64,000 nucleotides of DNA, taken from Monocercomonoides exilis PA203. Taxonomy: Eukaryota; Protista; Preaxostyla. This document shows, piece after piece, positions 58,698 to 64,000 of this stretch (its first letter is position 1; each line of letters starts with the position of its first letter). The notes under the pieces were generated by a model, which was not told the DNA's origin, ran no database searches, and saw nothing but the letters and a program-made list of their open reading frames with translations. The stretch is taken from positions 372,001 to 436,000 of the forward strand of contig LSRY02000031.1 in assembly GCA_001643675.2 (NCBI GenBank), given 5' to 3'. A program made the position numbers and the translations under genes.

Positions 58698-61600
58698 ATG
58701 AGTATCCAAGCGAGGATGCGACTTTTAGAAGCTCAAGCAAAACATGATTTAGACATTGGATTATATGATAATGAAAATTATAATCCTTTGTTAATGAAGC
58801 AAATAGAAATGAGGCGTGCTGCACAAGAACAAATGAGAAAAATAAGATCTGCGCAAAGTGCTTCAGATATTGACCAGAGTTTTGCAACTCAAGAGAAAAT
58901 TGAAAGTCCTCCATCTCCTCTTTATAGAGAATCTGATGGATGCGTTTCTGATGCTCACAAAGACAAAGATTCTGATTTTGACAATTCATCAGAAAATCAG
59001 CCTTTTTCAAAAAAAGTCACAACTTCTTCAAAAGCTCCATCTTCAAAAATACCTAGACTTTTAAGGAAAGGCGTTCCTCAAAGGATGCATTCGCCTGCAA
59101 CGCCAAGAAAAAATGAAGAGGAAACCTATGTCGCCTTTTGGAGAACGACACACCCTTACAGCCCTGCGCCTGCTCAACCTAAAGCTCCTTTGGTAAAACC
59201 GTCAGAGCCCTTATCTGCTCCCCCGTCACCCACAAAGGCTACCCCAAAATCGATAAAGAAAAAGAAAAAGAAGACAAAGCAGGCTGAAAAGCCTCAAGAG
59301 AAGAATATAGGTAAAAAGAAGAAATTGAAGACAAAGATAGCAACTGATAATAGAGTTGAAATGCTTGCAAAAGAAATGATAAAATTAAAAGAACAACTTC
59401 GAAAAGAAGAAGAAGAAAGGGAGCAGGAAAGAAAAAGAAAGCAAGAGATTGAGAAAGCGATTGAGGCCGAAAAAAAGAGGTTATCCGATCTCCAACATGA
59501 AAAAGAAATGGAGCTTCAGCGTGAAAAAGAACTATTGAAAGAGAGGGCTCTTGAAAAGGAGAAGGAAATGGAAGAAGAGCTTGAGAGGGAAAGAAGGAAG
59601 TGGGTGGCAAAGGAAGCTGAATGGGAAGAGGAAAGAAGGAAAGAAAGAGAAAGAGAAAGAGAAAGAGAAGAAGAATCAAGAAGAGAAAGAAAGAGAGAAG
59701 AAGAATTGAACGAAGAGCTGAGGAAAAACAGAGAAAGAGAAAGAGAAAGACAAGAAGAAGAGGAAAGAGAAGAGGAAGAGGAAAAAAAGAGAGAGGAAAT
59801 GGAAAGAGAGAAAGAAGAAAGGAGAAGAAAGGGAGAGGAAGCAAAGATCGAAGAAGAAGATGAGGATGATCTGGAATGGGCAAAAGAAGAGCTGAGGAAG
59901 AAAAAAGAGAGAGAAGAGAGAGAAAGGAAGGAGAGAGAAAGGAAGGAAAAGCAGAGGAAGCTGAAGGAGGAGCGAGAGAAGATAGAAAAAGAACTGGAAG
60001 AAATACACGAAAGAGAAGAGCGGGCGCAGATGCAGGCGATGATTGAAGAAAAAGAAGAGAGGAAGAGAAGACTTGAAGAGGAGGAAGAGAAGAGAGCGAA
60101 GGCTGAGATGGAGAAGAAGATGGAGATGCAACGAAGGCAGATTGAAAGCGAAAAGAGGGATGCGATCAAGAATTTGGATGAGAACAGAGAAAGAGAAAGA
60201 GAAAGAGAGAAAGAGAGGGAGAAGGAGAAGGAGAAGGAAAGGGAAAGGGAAAAGGAGAGAGAGAAAGAGAGAGAAAGAGAAAGAGAAAAAGAAAGAAGAA
60301 GAAGAAGAGAAGAGAAAATGCAAAAGGAAGAAAGCAGAAGAGAAATGAAAAAGAAAGAGGAGGAAAGAAAAGCGAGAAAAGAGCAGGAAGAACGAATGAA
60401 GGAAGACGAAGCTAACAACTTGCATCTTTTGGAGCTTATTGAGGAGAAGAAGAGAAAGATTCAAGAGATGCAGAAGGAGAAGGAGAAGAGAGAGAAGGAA
60501 AGGAAAGAAAAGGAGATGGAGTTGAAAAGAAAACAGGATGAAGAAAAGGAAAGAGAGAAGAAGAGAGAGAAAGAAGAGAGAGAGAAGAAGCGAGAAAGAG
60601 AGAAGAGAAGAGAAGAGAAGGAGAGAAAGAAGAGAAAGAAAGAAGAGAAAGAAAGGATAATGTTGCATATGCGGCCGTTATATTCACGTGTTGAAGAATT
60701 GATCGAGCAAATGGCTGAAAGAGATAGAGAAAGAGAGAAAGAAAGAGAGAAAGAGAAAGAGAGAGAAAGAGAAAAGGAAAGGGAAAGAGAAAGAGAGAAG
60801 AGAAGAGAAAGAGAAGAGAAAGAAGAGAAAGAGCGTGCTGAGGCAGAAAAGAGGAGGAGAGAGAGAGAAGAAATGGAATATCAAATGGAAATCAAAAGAA
60901 AGCAAGAGAGAGAGAAAGAAAGAGAGAGGGAACGGGAAAGGGAAAGAGAAAGAGAGAAAGAAAAAGAAAAGATGGAAGAAGTAAAAATTCCTGTTTCAGA
61001 CAGCGTCTCTGCTTCGATTCCAGTTCGGCAAGTGACTTCAGTCTCTGCTCTTCCTTCTTATCCTCCTGCTCTTGATTATCCTTCTTCTTCTTCTTCTTCT
61101 TCTTCATTTCATCCATCTTTGCTTTCACACTATCCACAATCCGTTCCTCTTCCTTCTCTTCCTTCTTCTTCTCTTCCTTCCTCCTCCTCCTCTTCTTCTT
61201 CTTCTCTTTATTTCCCTTCCTTTCAGCGGCAGCCTCTTTACACGCCTTCAGACATAGTTCAGATGACACGAATGTATTCAGATGAGATTGTGGATGGCAT
61301 TTTGGATGAATTGATGACAGACGCAGTGAAGAAGACATGTGAGACATATGGAATTGAGTTGGAGGAAGAAGAAGAAGAAGAAGAAGAAGAAGAGGATGAT
61401 GAAAAAGAAGAGGAGGATGAAAAAGGAATGGGAAAGGGGAAGAAAGAGAAGAGAGAAGAAGAAGAGAAGATGATGATGACAAAGCCAAAAGAAGTTAGTT
61501 TTGATGGTGCGAAAGAGCAAGAGAAAGAAAGAGAACAATCTCGATTGAGACAAATGTCTTCCAAACAGACTGCAGAAAAAAAAAGAGAGAAAGAGAAAGA

Positions 61601-64000
61601 GAGAAGGAAAGAAAAAGAAGAGGAGGAGGAGGAAGAAGAAGAAGAAAGAGAATTATCTCCTGCTTCATGTCGCAAAGTGGAGCCAAAAATTGGAAAGAAG
61701 AGAAAAGAAGAGGATGATGAGGAAGAGGGAGAGGATGAAGAAGAAGAAAATGAAGAAGAAGAGGAGGAGGAGGAAGAAGAAAATGAGGAAGAAGAGGAAG
61801 AGGAAGAAGATGTTGATTCAGAAGCAAGTGACAAACAGAAAGAGAAATCTCAAAAATCATCCAAAAATAAAGATTTGAAGAAGGAAGAGTCAGCAAAAAG
61901 AAAGAAGGAGAAAGAGAAGGAGATGGAGAAAAAGCATAAACATAAGCACAAAAGAAGAGAGGAAGAGGAAGAGGAAGAAGAGAGCGAAACAGAAAAGAAG
62001 CATAAAACATCAAAAGAAAAAGAAAAAGAAAAAGAAAAAGAAAAAGAAAAGAAAAAATCAGACAAACACAAGAAAAGCCATCATTCTCATTCGCATTCTC
62101 ATTCAATCTCATCCAAATCAGCAGAAAAAGAAGGCAAATCAAAAAGAGAAAGAGAAAAAGGAGAAAAAGGAGGAGAAGAGCAATCTGTTGGAGTTGTTGT
62201 GTCTGACTCTCTCTCAACCACTCTGCCAACACATTCAGTCTCTTCCACAGTCAATCCATCTTCTTCTTCTTCTGTTGCTGCTTTTTCTTCTTCTTCCTTT
62301 TCTCCTCCCCTCATCCAACAAGACACCACACAATCTTCTTATCCTTCTCTCCCTTCTCTCCCTTCTCCCTTCATCACTCCCTCCACTTTCGCCCAGCCAG
62401 TCCCTCCTCCTCATCCACAATGTGTTGTTCTTCCTTCTCCTTCTTATCCTTCTTCTTCTTCTTCTTCTTCTTTTCCTTCCTCTTCTTACTCTTCTTCCTC
62501 TCCTCAATCAATCGAACATTCTCCTTCTCTTTCTCTCCCTCAGCTTCAACCTCAGCTTCCTCGGCAGGCAAAGGGAGAGATTAACACAACACCAGAAAGT
62601 GTGAGTGAGAAGGGCAATGGAAGAAGAGGAAGAAGGAGTGAAGAGAAAGAGAGGAAAGAGAAGAAGGAGAGGAAGAGGCAGTACGCAAAGACTTTGGCAT
62701 TGTATGTTTTTAATGATTGGATTTAATTTTTGTTCAAAAGAAAATTTGAAAAAAATAATCTTTTTTTTTGTGAATGAAATGATGATATTTTCTTTTTCTT
62801 AATATTTTCGAGTTATTTCGTGAGAAATTTTTCTTTATTCACAATTTATTTATTTTTTTCAATTTTTATTTTATTTTTATTTTCCATTGTTTTCTGACAC
62901 TTTATTCATCATTATTTTCATCTCATTTTTTTCCCTTCTGTTATTTCCTTTTTCTTCCATTTTTTTTCCATTTTTTCCATTTTTTCCATATTTATCATTT
63001 ATTTCTTCCTTCTATTATTTTTCATTATTTTTCTTCCATTAAACTTCTTCATTCAGATGTGGCGATGAAATATTGTCACAGATGGTGAATGAATGCATCG
63101 AAGTGTTTGAAAGGGAGGCAAACAGACAGATACATGCAGTTGTACAGAAGGAAGTGGAGACATTAGTTGCATTGCAGAAGGATGAGAAGGAGGAAGAGGA
63201 GGATGAAGAGGAAGAGGAGGAAGAGGAGGAGGAAGAAGAGGAGGAGGAGGAGGAAGAGGATGAAGATAGCGAAGAAAGAGAAAGAGAATTTGAAAAGAAT
63301 CGAAAGAGGAAATCTAAACATAACAAGAATAATCGTGCTTCATCCAAACACAACCAAAGAGATGAAAGTGAAAGCGAAGAAATAGAAAATCATTCAAAAG
63401 CCAACAAAAAGTCGCATAAAAACAAAGAAAACGCTATTTCTATCGCTCCTCCCACGTTTATGCCTTCTTCTACCTCTTCTGCTTCATCATCGTCGTCGTC
63501 ATCATCATCATCATCATCATCTTCTTCTTCTTCTTCTTCTTCTTCTTCTTCTTCTTCTTCTTCTTCTTCTTCTTCTTCTTCTTTCGTTTCTTCATTTGCT
63601 TCTCCTTCTTCTTCTTCTTTTTCTTCTTCTTTTGAAAGCAATCAGCTGTCTCCGCCAGCAATGCAGCATTCAGATGACGACAAAGAAGAAATCAATGAGA
63701 TTGACAATGAATACGAAACAGAACAGCAAATGATGAGGAAGAAAGGCGAAAATGAGGAAAATGAGGAAAATGTGGAAAATGGAGAAGAGGAGGAAGAGGA
63801 GGAAGAGAAAGAGGATGGGAAAGAGGATGGGAAAGAGGATGGGAAAGAAAGGAAAGGAAAAGGAGAGAGTTTTGATGATTTACATGGAAATGAATTGGAT
63901 GAAGAGAACAAGAAGGAAAGAGAAGAATCGGATGAAAAGCAGCAACAGAATGAAAAAGGAAGGGAAGATGAATTTAATGATGAATTCGATCAATCCAATG
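58698..64000 (+). CDS. Large E/R/K-rich coiled-coil or single-alpha-helix protein, 3' end outside the window
   Basis: Exon 1 58698-62701; GTATGT...TTCAG intron 62702-63056; exon 2 (LCGDEILSQMVNECIEVFERE...) is in frame and open to the window end. Confidence 0.78.

Noticed and set aside
1-64000. tRNA, rRNA, CRISPR arrays, telomeric repeats, retroelement ORFs
   Set aside because: None recognisable by eye; tRNAscan-SE or Infernal would be needed to exclude small ncRNAs.

Overview
AT-rich eukaryotic DNA with short GT-AG introns and the standard genetic code. The poly-Ser/poly-Glu proteins, the giant beta-helix receptor-pseudokinase and the 'EEAQKEAEVTLLALSNI' family point to an oxymonad (Monocercomonoides-like). 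That assignment is from recall, not a search. Apparently intact host genes: a PH-domain Ser/Pro/Glu-rich protein, a ~3370-aa low-complexity coiled-coil protein, a small secreted Gly/Asn-rich protein, a 2575-aa receptor-like pseudokinase, a small putatively myristoylated protein, and a large charged coiled-coil protein running off the window end. Between them lie pseudogene fragments and several DNA transposons. The main find is a three-level nested transposon at 47583-56529. A ~630-bp pogo-type MITE is interrupted by an element with an 8-bp TSD and TGACG subterminal repeats, which is in turn interrupted by a 5.1-kb pogo (DD35D) element with an open transposase ORF. The two inner layers each carry a fragment of a different host multigene family. 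Also present are a young 1.87-kb foldback element (775-bp arms, TA TSD), a second pogo element with an intron-containing, disrupted transposase, and an old degenerate foldback.
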